Shown piece after piece: positions 25,456-37,411 of a stretch of 42,734 nucleotides of DNA. The notes beneath the pieces were generated by a model. That model saw only the letters and a list, made by a program, of their open reading frames with translations, had not been told where the DNA came from and searched no databases. Origin of the DNA: Cyanophora paradoxa CCMP329 (taxonomy: Eukaryota; Plantae; Glaucophyta); contig QPMI01000456.1 of the NCBI GenBank assembly GCA_004431415.1, positions 1-42,734 on the forward strand. Direction: 5' to 3'. The translations under genes and the position numbers were made by a program. Positions within the stretch are counted from its first letter, which is position 1, and each line of letters begins with the position of its first letter.

Positions 25456-28400
25456 TTAATTAAAAGGAACAGAATTAATACCATCTGGTAAGATGTATCT
25501 CTTTGCATCAAAGCAGTTTAGGGCAACCCTTCTACTCACAGTGTCTATTATTGTGTGATCTGCCCTTCTTTTCTGCTTTGCAGTCACAGTCTTGCTGATA
25601 CCTGCAAATAAACACTGTTTAAAATCATTAAATTGGAGTTCCTCAGTTGAAGTCCCAGAGAGCTTACTCCTCTCAATCTCAGCAGTTCTGAAACTGTAAA
25701 CTTTAGCTCTCAGACCCACATACTCCAATATAGCAGAGCCAGGCATTTCATTTTTGTATTTACCTGGGGTCATTCTGGAATCACCTCCAAGGTCTAATGC
25801 ATAGGATATATTCTCTATATCTTTTTGTAGGGTCTTAGATTCGATATATAGACAAAAGGAGTCAGTATCATGGAATAGTAACTTTGCTTTTGTCCATTGG
25901 GACCTTACAGTATCATAGAAGAACTTGTAGTTATGCAGTTTGGCTGCATCCAGAACATAAGCCCCAATAGCAACTGGCTTATCTAGCTTCACATGCTTTG
26001 TGTAAAACTCAAAGGCAACTGCTTTTTCGTTTATGGGACTTGTTGATTTCACCAATGGGGAGGCTGCATATTTCATAAACAGTTTCTCACTGTTTGCAAT
26101 CTTAACCACAGATCTACCTCTGCAAGATTCAATGCATTTCCCATAGATTGAGTTATTCATGAGTTTATAGAAATCAGCCTCGAATTTATTCACTGCTTTC
26201 CTTCTCATCTCAGTATTCAGCTCAATGTAGGGTTTCATTACAGGAGCCACAGTAAATGATAGGACCCTGTGAACCTTCTTTAGTTTCACCCCTTTGTCCA
26301 ACAGATACTGTAGAAGAGGCTCAGAAATCACATAGTTGGTCACAGAACCAAAGGTTGCAGTTAGCTTAGGGGTCTTATCAAGCTCTTCTCCTGAGAGATC
26401 TAATAGGCTCTTTTGATATTGTGATAATTCTGCATATTCTACTATTTTCTTGTTAATAATTAGGGGGAAATCACTGTGGTCTAGATATAGCCTAATTGGG
26501 TAATCCAGATCAACTTCCAGGAAACTGGATCTGTTATCTTGTGGGTTGAATTCGGTCTCCCATCTAAAATCACCAACTGGGATTGGCTGACTCAAACAGT
26601 AGCCATACAAGTTGTTAGCATCAAACAGCATTATATGGGAGTTCTCACCATCAGCCTCAGCATACCTACAAGGCATTGTTGCAAAGCCACCCCTGATTCC
26701 CCTCTCAACAAATTCGTATTGCTCTACATCACTTATAAGCTCTATTTTTGCCTTGGTGGTCCTAAGCATAGCATCCCAAGATAACCCAGGTGCAGATACA
26801 TAATGAACTGGGTCCAATCCATATACTGAGTGTGAAAGCCTTCTGAAAGCCTGGAATTTGCTCATTAACTCATCTACATCAGCAGCCCCAAAGTCCATAA
26901 AATTACTTGCATCAATGAACTTGTAAAGACCCCATTGCAATGAAAGGTATTGATCAAAGTTTTTCGAAAGGATTTCGATTCGCTTTTTATCACCCATGCC
27001 TGCTATTTTTCTGAAAATGAATGTCCCACAGTCATCCATTTGGTCAACAACCACTGCTACTTTTGTTTGCTTTGAGATTCTCCTATGGAGATTGCAGTTT
27101 CTGCATGCAGGTGCAATGTAATTACCTGTGTGGTGATCATGATCCCTGCATTTGAAGTTTTCCTTGGTGAACCTCTCACTGCAAAGGTAACAGTGTTTGG
27201 TAGCTCTGTAAATAGCCTTTTGCTCATCTGTGAGTTCATTCATGGGAATATTGGTGAACAGGAAATCGATTAGCTCTCTTGCTTTGGACTCCAAGCATTC
27301 AAACAGACCTCCCATTGGATCCTGACCCTCAAATCGAAACTCCTGAACATCTGCCCCAGTGACTATTCTAATGTTGACTGCTGAGACTTCCCTCTTGGAT
27401 TTCGATGCATCAATGGGGATGCTTCTATGTTCAATCTTGCAGTAAACCACAACAGGAAGCCAGACAGTTTTCCTGAGGTTTTTCAGTCCAAACTCTATTG
27501 TGGTGTCAGGCTTAGGGGTGATTCCCTTTGAGAGTCTCCAATCAATGCATCTGTTTGAGTCCACATGAGCAGTGAGTTTAGCCTCAGACCTGAATCGAGA
27601 TAAGCATGTATCACAGTAGTGTAACTTTTGATCCTTGGTTTTATCAAGGGCAACTCTGAGAAGTCTTGAAAGGGACATGATAGTAATATAGTGACCATTC
27701 CCTTCATCATCATGAATGAGCATTAGATTAATCTTTTGCTTTCTGCCTGGGTTGCTGGATTGATGTAGGGATATATAACATCTCCATCCATTCCAAATAT
27801 GTTTATGCTGATGCCTGCATTTTGAGATTCGAATTTATCAATGATTTCAGCATCACAAGGAACAGGGAATGGGATATTGTCGAAATTGAGAGCCAAAGGA
27901 TTGTATGTGGTTGGTGAGTATTTCCATTTGCGATATTGTGTAAGCTCACTTCTCTTGTGGGAATTTACATCTTTCCTATGGATCCATGCCAAAATGGCAT
28001 TTTCAAAGCAAGAATCATCAATATTTCGAATATTCACTGTGGCTCTCTTGGCTGCAATTGATTCTGGTGTTTTACATAGCAGCCACCAGTTGGGGCATAA
28101 CTCATAATAGCAACTCTTAGCATTTCGATTCTCTCCAATCGATAGCTATCAACAACATTCATCTGTTCCTGACACATTTGGGCTGCTTTATTCAGCTCAG
28201 TTCGAATATTTCTCGATTTGGTTAATTACAAAATAATCGCTGTAAATGTATTCGATATCCAAACCTGTGGATTGCTGACTTTTACGAACTTGCAGATAAA
28301 CGACAAGCGAACTTTGATTGCCCTGAATTGATCCAGACTATCTCTTAAACGTTTTGGTAGAGAGGTTGCAATTCTATCTAAATATTCAATCACATCTACC

Positions 28401-28695
28401 ACAACTTCCCTTCTGGCTCTGTATGTGAGCAGCGATATAATTCATTCATGGCTGTTCCATCTTCTGCCTCTGGTCTATTTGCCTCAGGCGATCGAGTTCA
28501 TCAAGAGTCTCAACTTTGTCATAGAGGTTATTGGCTTTTCTGGTTAATTTGCTAAGTGGGTCTGCCCCTTGAAATAAATCCGATTTCCCGGTCATATTCA
28601 GCCTCTGTGATTTTCATGGGCTGCATACAGTGTTCCCAGTAATCCCATAAGTTCCCATTTCTTCTCTCTAATGAGTCTGTTGCTAATTCGGGCAT
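25456..28695 (-). CDS. polB: Protein-primed family B DNA polymerase (pPolB), N-terminal part frameshifted
   Basis: Motif A 'LFDANNLYG', B 'KLMNNSIYGK', C 'FHDTDSF', plus 'YGLDPVHYVSAPGLSWDAML' and 'GLRAKVY'. OTU-like 'NIDDSCF...SINIF...NGHY', C2H2 finger and endonuclease VII 'CYLC..RDHDHHTGNYIAPACRNCN'. Start at 28695 is tentative. Confidence 0.95.
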
Positions 28696-28747
28696 AGTTC
28701 CTAACTTGTTCCTACTAAAAGGGAGGTTTTAAATGGGGAATCTGACA

Positions 28748-28796
28748 CAAAATTTGATGAAAACTACTTAAAGAAATATCTTCTATATATATAAAA
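28748..28796 (+). promoter_or_regulatory. Shared promoter motif (also 29604-29636, 30034-30085, 32503-32545)
   Basis: CAAAA(T/A)(T/A)TGA ... A(C/T)TTAA(A)G ... TATATATA shortly upstream of ATGs at 28802, 29656, 30105 and 32557 (TATA box degenerate in the last). Confidence 0.7.
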
Positions 28797-28801
28797 GGAC
28801 A

Positions 28802-29600
28802 ATGCAGAGAGAAATCGTATTGCCTGGAAAAGCTCAAAGCGGCTTTAATGTGCTTTGTGATCTGATAACTTCAATGATTATGTTGCTCTTGGAAGTAACA
28901 GGAAACCGCTCCCTCTTTGGGCAAAGCTTGCAAAATATGGATTAAGTGACTATGACCTGCCTCCAGAGTCTGAGCATTGCGCCTGTGATCATCCAATTAA
29001 AGACAATGCTATATTCTGCATGTTAATAAAAGATTGTGGTCATTGTTGGGAATTGCTGCATTTTACGATTTATTCCGAAGGGTGCCAGAGGTCAGATATA
29101 TGTGAAAGATGTGGAGATCGGCATAAAACGAAAGGATAATTTCTGTAATAAGTGCAGAATCGCTTTAAAGCAAGAAGAACTGGAAAGAAAAAGAGAACTT
29201 GAAAAACAAGAGGAAGCTCGAAAGAGGCAGCTTGAATTAGAAGAAAGAGAGCGAAGAGAGAGAGATTAGAACAAGAAAGAGCAAGGAATAAACATGCAGT
29301 TAATCTTTCCTGATTTGGTGCAACCAATTATTCCGAAAATGGATAATCTTCGCAGAGTGATATAGAGAGGTCAGAAGGGCAGATCTGCATTGATTGAAAT
29401 GTATGCAGAACTCAGTACAACAAATACATTGGTTGCTGGGTTCAGGTGCCTTATCTTAAAAAAGATATCGCAAAAGGATTAGATTGCAGATCGGAATAAG
29501 GACAAGAAAACATGGGAGACCTTGGAAATCGAACCATTTGTGCATTGCTAGGTAAGCATTTCAAACTATGTATATTGAGCGATTGGACAAAGAGGTTAGA
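28802..29600 (+). CDS. Cys-rich zinc-binding hypothetical protein, frameshifted
   Basis: 'HCACDHPIKDN', 'VIVGNCCILRF', 'CERCG..H' and 'FCNKCR', followed by an E/R/K coiled coil. Confidence 0.55.
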
Positions 29601-29655
29601 GAACAAAAAATGATTTAAAGAATTCTCTATATATATTAAGAGAGACAGAGGAAAA

Positions 29656-30000
29656 ATGCCACTCAGTGGAAGCCCAGAGAGAGCTATGAAGAGATACCAG
29701 CAAACTGAAAAAGTAGGCTCAAATCAAAAGTTTAACGAAAAAATAGCCACACGCTTAGGATCTATTCAAACCGATGATACCTATAGAGCAATGAAAATAG
29801 CAAGTTCATGTCAGCGAAGTATGCAGCCAATGCAGTCTGCTTTGTCAAGTATTTGTATGATGTCCCTTACTCAAATAGAGGGAGAAAATTGAAACATGTC
29901 TAAATTATTTTTCCAGCATATTACTAGGCTGGGGATATGCTGTTTATTCGCTGAATACCCATTCATCCTTTTGTATCTAACCACTCGATATATCATGTGA
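29656..30000 (+). CDS. Small hypothetical protein (frameshifted)
   Basis: 'MPLSGSPERAMKRYQQTEK' follows the promoter motif; end uncertain. Confidence 0.4.
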
Positions 30001-30104
30001 TAAATTTCGTAGGGATACTTTCTCGATTTCCAACAAAAAATGATTGGGGACCAAAACTACTTAAGAAAATCTTCTATATATATAAAGGGCCCCGATCGCT
30101 GAAA

Positions 30105-32338
30105 ATGAACGCAAACAGACTAAATCGCTCAAATCGCTCGCTAACTGGCCAGATCTGATGAGGAACTGTCCAAAAACATGATTATCCCAGGAACTGACAG
30201 CAAAGACCCTGTTTTCAAGCATAAGGGAGTGCTTGGTCCTGGAAAAGTATGAGGAACCTGGCAACATCAGTATGTATCTTGGGCATTCTGCTCTCAGACA
30301 ACATGATGGTTATTGATTTGATGATAGGAGGACTTTGAGAAATTCCGAGATATGTTTCCTGATGACTTTGATGCCAATCAGCCCATGGCAAAACTAAAAA
30401 GGCTATATGTTACTTCAAACGACCTGAGGAGTTCACTAAACTCAAAATTACCGATAAGGCTCCAGGCTTTAAAGCTTTGAAAAGGTTGACCTGAAACAAT
30501 CACTGGAACTGGACTTCTGGATTAATTAATGTTTGTCCAGTGTCAACAGACCTGGGTAATTGTCCATGGATGATACTGTGATTTCAATGAGCCTATGATG
30601 AGTTTAAAAAGTGGATTGCAGAGAACTATATCTATAAGAGTGATATACTGCTAGTGCTAGCTCAAATGATGAACTGGAAAAGAGTATTCTTAAAGAGCTG
30701 GTGGATATGGCTTTATGCATCCCAATATAATCTCTAAACTGAACTGGCTTTAGCTTTGATGCTGCAATAGGACTCATTGCCCATGCTGCAATGGTTCCCA
30801 TGAATCGAATAACTGGTATGTATGAAAGCCAAAGGAGAAGATAAAAGTATATGTGTCCACTACAGTGCATTGCAAAAAACGATTTATCTTCATTGGAATG
30901 CAATCTGATATCTTCAATCTCATTATAAATCCGCTGCTCTGGAGGCTCATTATGATGTCAGTCTTGTGTGCAAAGAGGTCCTACAACACACTTGGAGATA
31001 CTCCAAAGTCATGGTTCAAACTCAATACTGATATGGGATTTGGGAGCATGATGACACAAACCAAAGATTTACCTAGACATTAGTTGCCTTGTTGTCCCTC
31101 AATACTTGGCAGGGCTGTGCATTATAGTCAAGAGCTTTGAAGGATGAAGAGAATAGAACAGCTTTCGAAGAGAATCGAAAACATTAATTTCTATTGCCAA
31201 AAATCTTAACATCAGGATATCGCAAATCCTTCTGACTGATCTGCTCCCTCTGCTATGATGATGAGTTTTACGAGAAGATTGATACAGTTCCATATGTAAT
31301 TGGATTCGATAATGGTGTATTTGATCTGACAACTATGACTTTCAGAAGGTAAACTGGAAGACATGGTGAGCAAGAGTGTGGGTTATGATATACTGAGAAT
31401 GTAGACCCAAGAAAGTGAGCATCTCAATCAGATTTATAGAGAGATTGTAGATGATCCAGCAGAGCGAAACTATCTTCTGGCATTATTGCATTGCTTGAGT
31501 GGATCAACAAATCACAGAAGTTCTACATGTGGACTGGTGCTGGTGCTAATGGTAAATCACTTGTTCAGGAATACTGCAACAGATATCTGGGGCTTATTAC
31601 GCCTCTCGAAATATCCTATTGGACCAAACCTAAGAAGAACTCATCAGATGCTACCCTGAACTTGCCAAACTCCTGGAAGCGACTTGTATTCAGTAATGAG
31701 GCTGAAGATGGTGATAACTGCAAATCTCCAAATTAGGAGTCACAGGTGGAAATGAAATGACTGTGAGAGCCTTGTTCAAAGATCCAGTTATCCTTACTCC
31801 AATGTTTCAGTCTACATTACAACCAATGACAATTTGACTATAAACAACCAGCTTTGCAATTCAGAAGGCTTTCATACCAGAGATTTAACAATATTTTCAG
31901 AGAGAAGCCAGAAGCTGGTCAAAAGAAAGCTGACCAACTCTGTTCACACTTCTACAATGATGATGAGTATAAGATGGCTCACATGAAGATTTACTGGATA
32001 TGTGGAAGAACAAGAGGTTGAAGAGATCTTAAGAAATCCCAATCGATTATTGACAAGGAATAACTTATAGCTGAAAATGATAAGATTGGTGAATGGCTTA
32101 GGATAATTTCGAAGTTACACATAATGCAAACGACTTTGTTTCGAGTGATATCATTTACAAATCATACAGAAGTGTCGATGATAAAGTTGAATGTGTTTCT
32201 GTGATGAAGAGAGTAAGGGAAATCTTCAATGTGAAATCAGAGGTTAAACGAATTCAGGGAACCAGAGCAAGGGGCTACATTGGACTTCGAAAGATAACAA
32301 GGGTTCAAGAAGACAATGGAGAGGATGTTGAATATTAA
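30105..32338 (+). CDS. Prim-Pol-like primase + D5-like SF3 helicase, multiply frameshifted
   Basis: Walker A 'MWTGAGANGKS', Walker B 'KRLVFSNE', 'TGGNEMTVRALFKDP' and D5_N 'PYVIGFDNGVFDLTTMTFR'. N-terminal 'VID(F)DD...YFKRP...TGTSGLINVCP' is reconstructed across frameshifts. Confidence 0.85.
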
Positions 32339-32398
32339 ACAAAACGATTTATGATTGAAATGTATATGTAATTTTTATAGCCTTACTGGAAATGGTGT

Positions 32399-32489
32399 TG
32401 TTCACAGGTGTCACAGGTCCATCCCATCTAGGGGGCTATAAAGAAAAATGACCAGGGGACGATAAAAACCTGTGAACACCTGTGACACC
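32399..32489. promoter_or_regulatory. Inverted iteron element 2, directly downstream of the helicase gene
   Basis: TGTTCACAGGTGTCACAGGTCCATCCCATC ... ACCTGTGAACACCTGTGACACC. Confidence 0.6.
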
Positions 32490-32556
32490 TATCGAAAAAG
32501 ACCAAAATTTGACAAGAATACTTAAGGCTTACTTGATTGTGTATAGTGAAGACAAA

Positions 32557-32776
32557 ATGGCAAAATCTTGATGAGATGACCATGACTGAGTTAGATAAAT
32601 GCATAAAGCATGGAGATATAGGGGCATATATCGAAATGTCACAGAGATTGATAGGTTACAATATGTATGCAGCAAAACCAAAGAGAAATAGATCAGTAAA
32701 CATTCACATAACTGTTTCAGTGTCTGAGAATGCAAACAAAAAACAACAAAAGCATATTTACAAAAGTTATCTGTGA
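32557..32776 (+). CDS. Small hypothetical protein (frameshifted)
   Basis: ATG preceded by the promoter motif; overlaps ORF 32537-32776. Confidence 0.35.
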
Positions 32777-32867
32777 CTTGATTGATTGCAAGTATAAAGC
32801 CAATTCCTTTGTATATATTTTTATAGCTGCCTCAGTGGCATACTGAGACCGCTTTTTCTCAATTATC

Positions 32868-33113
32868 TTATAGACCTGGGGGTCCATTGCTACTATCAGT
32901 TGGCAAATAATATTTAATCGGTCTCCCTCTGGGTCTCTGCTCCTCTTTTTGGGCTTTTCTGCGATAATAGGATGCCAGGGCTTGCTGCTTTTTATACTCT
33001 CTATATTCTGGGTCCTCTCTATATCGTTTCTGCATTGCTAGAATGTGTCTTAATAGACCCTCAGTAACAGGTTCATCACTGGTAAACTCGATTAAACTAA
33101 TAGTGTCCTCCAT
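32868..33113 (-). CDS. Small basic DNA-binding protein with AT-hook
   Basis: 'YREDPEYREYKKQQALASYYRRK...RPRGRP'. Confidence 0.65.
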   Translation of the reverse strand: MEDTISLIEFTSDEPVTEGLLRHILAMQKRYREDPEYREYKKQQALASYYRRKAQKEEQRPRGRPIKYYLPTDSSNGPPGL

Positions 33114-33436
33114 TTATATTCCCAGAGAAAACGTTTTCTGCTGGCAGAGAACTTCTCCTTGGATACTCCTGTTGCTCATATGTATACTCTGTGGGGTCTG
33201 CTGGCATTGACTCCACAGAAACTGTTGACTCCTTCTCTCTCTTGCTTCTGAGGCATTATCCTCATTATCTGACATCTCAAACTCTATGTTGTGTCACAAC
33301 ATCCACTGTGGCAATTGCTCACCACATGCAGACTGAACATCTCAATAAACTTTCGTATTATGTCCATGTCTCTAATAAAACAGAGAAAATTAAAGCCAAA
33401 CTCGTCTTTTATATACTGTTGGGGCTACTCCCTTTT

Positions 33437-34118
33437 CTACTTCAGCTTTGGTGGCACCAGGTTCAATGGTTCCCTTTGGGTCTTTGTTTTCATTTCATCT
33501 ACTGCCTGCTCATCAATTTGGTTCTCTTTCTTAGCAATAAACTGTTTATCTGGGACACCAGTGATACCCATTTTGAATACTTCCTTTCGAAGCATCTCCT
33601 TTAGCTTGGCTCTCTCTTTCTTCTCAGTAACATACTGCTCCAAGGCACTTGATTTGGCTTCCAGATCTTTGAGTTTAGCAGTCATCTCATCCCATTGAGC
33701 TTTGGGAATTCGATGAATATTTTGAGTGGGAGCAGTCTTATATGTGACTTCACCAGCCATAGACTGGATTACCTTGTCTGATTCCTTACTAAGACCTTCA
33801 CCTTTGCGAGCCAGTGAAAGATCTTGCAAGCCTAAACCTTTATCATCAGCAGCACCAATAATTCGCCTGGCACCCTCAGCAACAGCTTCATTTTGAGGCT
33901 TCTGGTGAGATGTTGAGTTGGTCACTGGTTGAAGCCTGTGGGGCTTTGTCATCGACTGATTCCTCATAGGCAGCATTGAGGGTCTTCTTCTTGCTGTGAG
34001 GGCTTCACCTCATTCATACCATTGAATTTCATTGGTTCAGTTTAATGGATCCATTGTTTCCACCACCTGAATAGCCAACAGCCCCAGCTGGGATCCCTAT
34101 CTTTCGTTTGGGAGGCAT
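33437..34118 (-). CDS. Hypothetical protein (possible virion core), frameshifted
   Basis: Starts MPPKRK (34118); C-terminal ORF 33437-33976 with coiled coil. Confidence 0.5.
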
Positions 34119-34169
34119 TGTATCTTTATTAGAATGAGAGATAATTTTATAAACCGCGTTTATATCGCA

Positions 34170-34911
34170 TCAATTTATTGCTATGGACTTGGCTTTTCAC
34201 TTCTTTGGGGCTTCCTCTTTCTGGTGGTTTCAGTTCATCTTCTTTCTTTTTTGGCTTCTGTGGAAGCGAGGAAATGGGAAATCTTTCACAAGCTCAGCTT
34301 TATCTACATAGTATTTAACTGAGTAGTTTGCAGAGGACCAAATAATATACTGATAGGAGTGAACATACTCTTCAAACATCTTGTAAAATCCTCTTTATTT
34401 CGCATTATATTGTATTCTTCCTCTATGGCTTCAGTTCTTTGCGATTTGCAGCACTTAAAACATAGCATAGTCCGAATTAACTCGAATAGTCGAAGAGACT
34501 TTCCTTAGCTTTTGTGTGATGCAGATAATGGATATTTTCGAATGGCGACCTCTGGAATACAGAGATCCATATTTTATCCGAGTTAGGTCTACATCTCATT
34601 ATCGATTAAATCATCTAAAACCACACATAACTGGTTAACAGGTTCACCTTTTTCTATTTTCTCTTGCCTTCATCTAGCAATTTAGCAATGTAAGGGGCAT
34701 CCCATTTTCCCAGTTGCAATGTTGCACTTTATCCCAGAAATGATTGAAGCTGGTTCCACTCACAACTAATACAACATCAATCTTTTTGGCATCATGCAAC
34801 TGCTTCAACCAATACTTTACAGCTTCTGATTTACCAGTTGCTGATTTCCTATTGCTAACGAAATGGTGGTTCTATCATTTCACCAGCCACAAATTCATCC
34901 AAATCATTCAT
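34170..34911 (-). CDS. A32/FtsK-HerA-type genome packaging ATPase, frameshifted
   Basis: Reverse-strand reading gives Walker A 'KSATGKS', 'VVLVVSGT', Walker B 'VVLDDL', Arg-finger 'SRGRHSKISIICITQ' and 'IRVNSD'. Confidence 0.85.
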
Positions 34912-34974
34912 TGTTGTATATCTTTCTAAATAAAGACAGATAAAAATAATGCAGGGACTGAATATCGTAACAAT

Positions 34975-36327
34975 CTACAAATTTATACGCGTAACCATCT
35001 TTGTCCAAAATTATAACTAATGCATGAGAGCGCGAACATTAACATCGATTACCTTATCTGAAGGCATGTAGAGGGTGAGGAATGAAGAGAGGAATTTGTT
35101 AAATCAACATAACCAGACTGGGCAATATTTCGAATTGCCTTTCTCCATCAAGCAGAATGGGAGTCCTGAAAGGACATAGCGATCAGCAACCTTATCCATG
35201 TTAGAGCATTTGAAGGCATCAGCAATTAGCTCAGCACCTTTGAGTAGGGAAATTGGCTCAGTGGCAAAAAGTCGCTGTCCATTTATTTCAGTGTGAATGT
35301 ATGTCTTTGGAGTTGGCATAGGTCTTAAGAACACTGTGGGAGCCATTGGATTTGTCAACAGTTTTATCACGAACTGAAACAAGCAGAGCATATACAAGAC
35401 CTGAGATTTGAGAGAGGTTAATTCGATTGGGTTGGGCATTGCCCTTGGCAGGGAAAGCACTAGCATCTACAAATCCAATATCAAGGGAGGGAATAGCCAT
35501 GCCAGTAGTCTTTAACTTTTCAATTACAGTAGCGAAAAGCTCATCAGAAACATTAATAGCATGCATGTAAAGGCGAGGAGAAGTAATAGAAATACAGGAG
35601 TTGTTGCACCAAGACTGAAAGTTGTGATTTTTGACCAACATGGGCAAGTGTGCATTAGCAGTATCCAAGACCATCATCTTTGTCTTATCAGCAACTGTCC
35701 CACCAACAACAGGGAGAGAGCGACCACCATAGGAAGTTTCAACATAACCCTTTCCAGCATCCTTAAACCAAACAGTAACAACCATTTCACCAGATAAAGC
35801 ACCAAGGGGAAGGTAGTGATTTAGCCAAGGCACAGGAATTTCAACGAAAAATGAGCCACCAAGGCGGTTGGTTCCATGAGCAGGGATGCCATGAACCATG
35901 CCCATTGATCGCTTCTTTTTAGCTAGTTGATCCTCCGAATAATAGACCAGGGGGAAATGAGCAAGGAAATCAGATGGAATATGGTAGGTGTAAGATCCAT
36001 AGGTAATTTCAAGTCGCTGAACTAAAGCACCAACTGGGCGAGTGTATCCATTGCGAACTAGGTCAGTATCACCAGCAAAAGTGATGGCTGGAAGGTCGAA
36101 AGCAAGTTCGAGTTTTCCACAGAAATTGTAGCGAGGTAGCTTGAAGGAAATGCGATTTCCAACATTATTCTCAAAAGTATTGCTGGGATTCACAACAACT
36201 AGAACTGGCTTAGACTTGGATTCGAGACCAAGCATAAGGGAGTTATCCAGGAAAAAGGCTTTCGCCTCTCTGGGGTTGTTAGGGCTTCTTTCAGCGAAAG
36301 TCTTTGAAGAGTGGAAGTGATATCCAT
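34975..36327 (-). CDS. Major capsid protein (double jelly-roll), frameshifted near the ends
   Basis: 'RISFKLPRYNFCGKLELAFDLPAI...YTRPVGALVQRLEITYG', 'FVEIPVPW..YLPLGAL', 'INGQRLF'; beta-rich, ~450 codons, lies between the ATPase and penton genes. Confidence 0.75.
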
Positions 36328-36374
36328 TATATTCTCTTTTTATACTGCAACATAAAAAATCTACCAATGATCCT

Positions 36375-37382
36375 TAATTTATGCGAAGTTGTAATAACTG
36401 GATAGGAAGGGTGAAGCTGTGACATTCGCATCTTAAGTATTCATAAACTGGGTCCCAGCTGGCTCATCACCATAGCGAATTTCAAAGGTAGATGAACAGG
36501 TTGACCCTCAAAATCAATTGGTTCATTAATAGCATTTACAATATCAACCGAGAAAGTGGATAATCCAACCTTTTATTATAGTATTTGTAAAGTGGTGAGC
36601 TTCTGTTGAATTGTAAACAACATGCTCACCATAGTCTTTATCAGGGACCACTATTTTGTGAAAGTAACCAGTCAGAAGACCATCCCCACATTGCACCAGA
36701 TCACCCAGCTCCTTTACTCTCACAAACAAAACACTGTCCCTGGTCTTCTCAGGCTCAAAAGAAGATATAATGCCATTCACTCGACCACCAGTAAAGATTC
36801 CATCAGTGAGAGCATCATAGACCTGTGATTGGATTGGGGAATTACCATATCTTCCAGGATCAAGACCCAGCAGTCTAGCTGAACTCAACAGCTTTTGGAT
36901 TGTTTGTTGGCTTGGGTTCACAGCTACTGAGAAAGCCAGTAAAATGGTACTGCTGAGTGGAATATAATTCGTTTCAGTGATTCATCCCATTTGCAGCGAA
37001 TGGATGGTTGGGGATTTCTGCCTTCGAATTTAGAGTTAATTACATTCACCAGTTGCTGGTGGCTTTGGATGGGGGTGTTTCGACTTATAATGAATTGTTT
37101 CCATTGTTCATAGTCAGCAGCTGGGCGAACTGTTGGAATTCCTGAGCTTCCAGCTCCAGGAGTTTGTTCAGAATAATAAATGCTAAATGCATTGTCAACT
37201 GTCACATCTCCTGCTTTGGTTTCACCACTCACCATAGGGATACTGTTATAAAATTCGGCTGAGACCAGTCTCACAGCCCTCACATTCTCATAACTACTGG
37301 GGAGTCTAGCCACAAAGCTTGATGTGGGACCATCACCAGAGATTGTATTAAATGAGCTAACCTCGATGTAATCCACAGGCAT
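36375..37382 (-). CDS. Minor capsid (penton) protein 1
   Basis: 'YIEVSS...SSFVARLPSSYENVRAVRLVSAEFYNSI' and 'VLFVRVKEL...FHKIVV...GEHVVY'; ORFs 36924-37382 and 36544-36921. Confidence 0.75.
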
Positions 37383-37411
37383 TCTTCTTTTATCTATATT
37401 TATATATTAAA

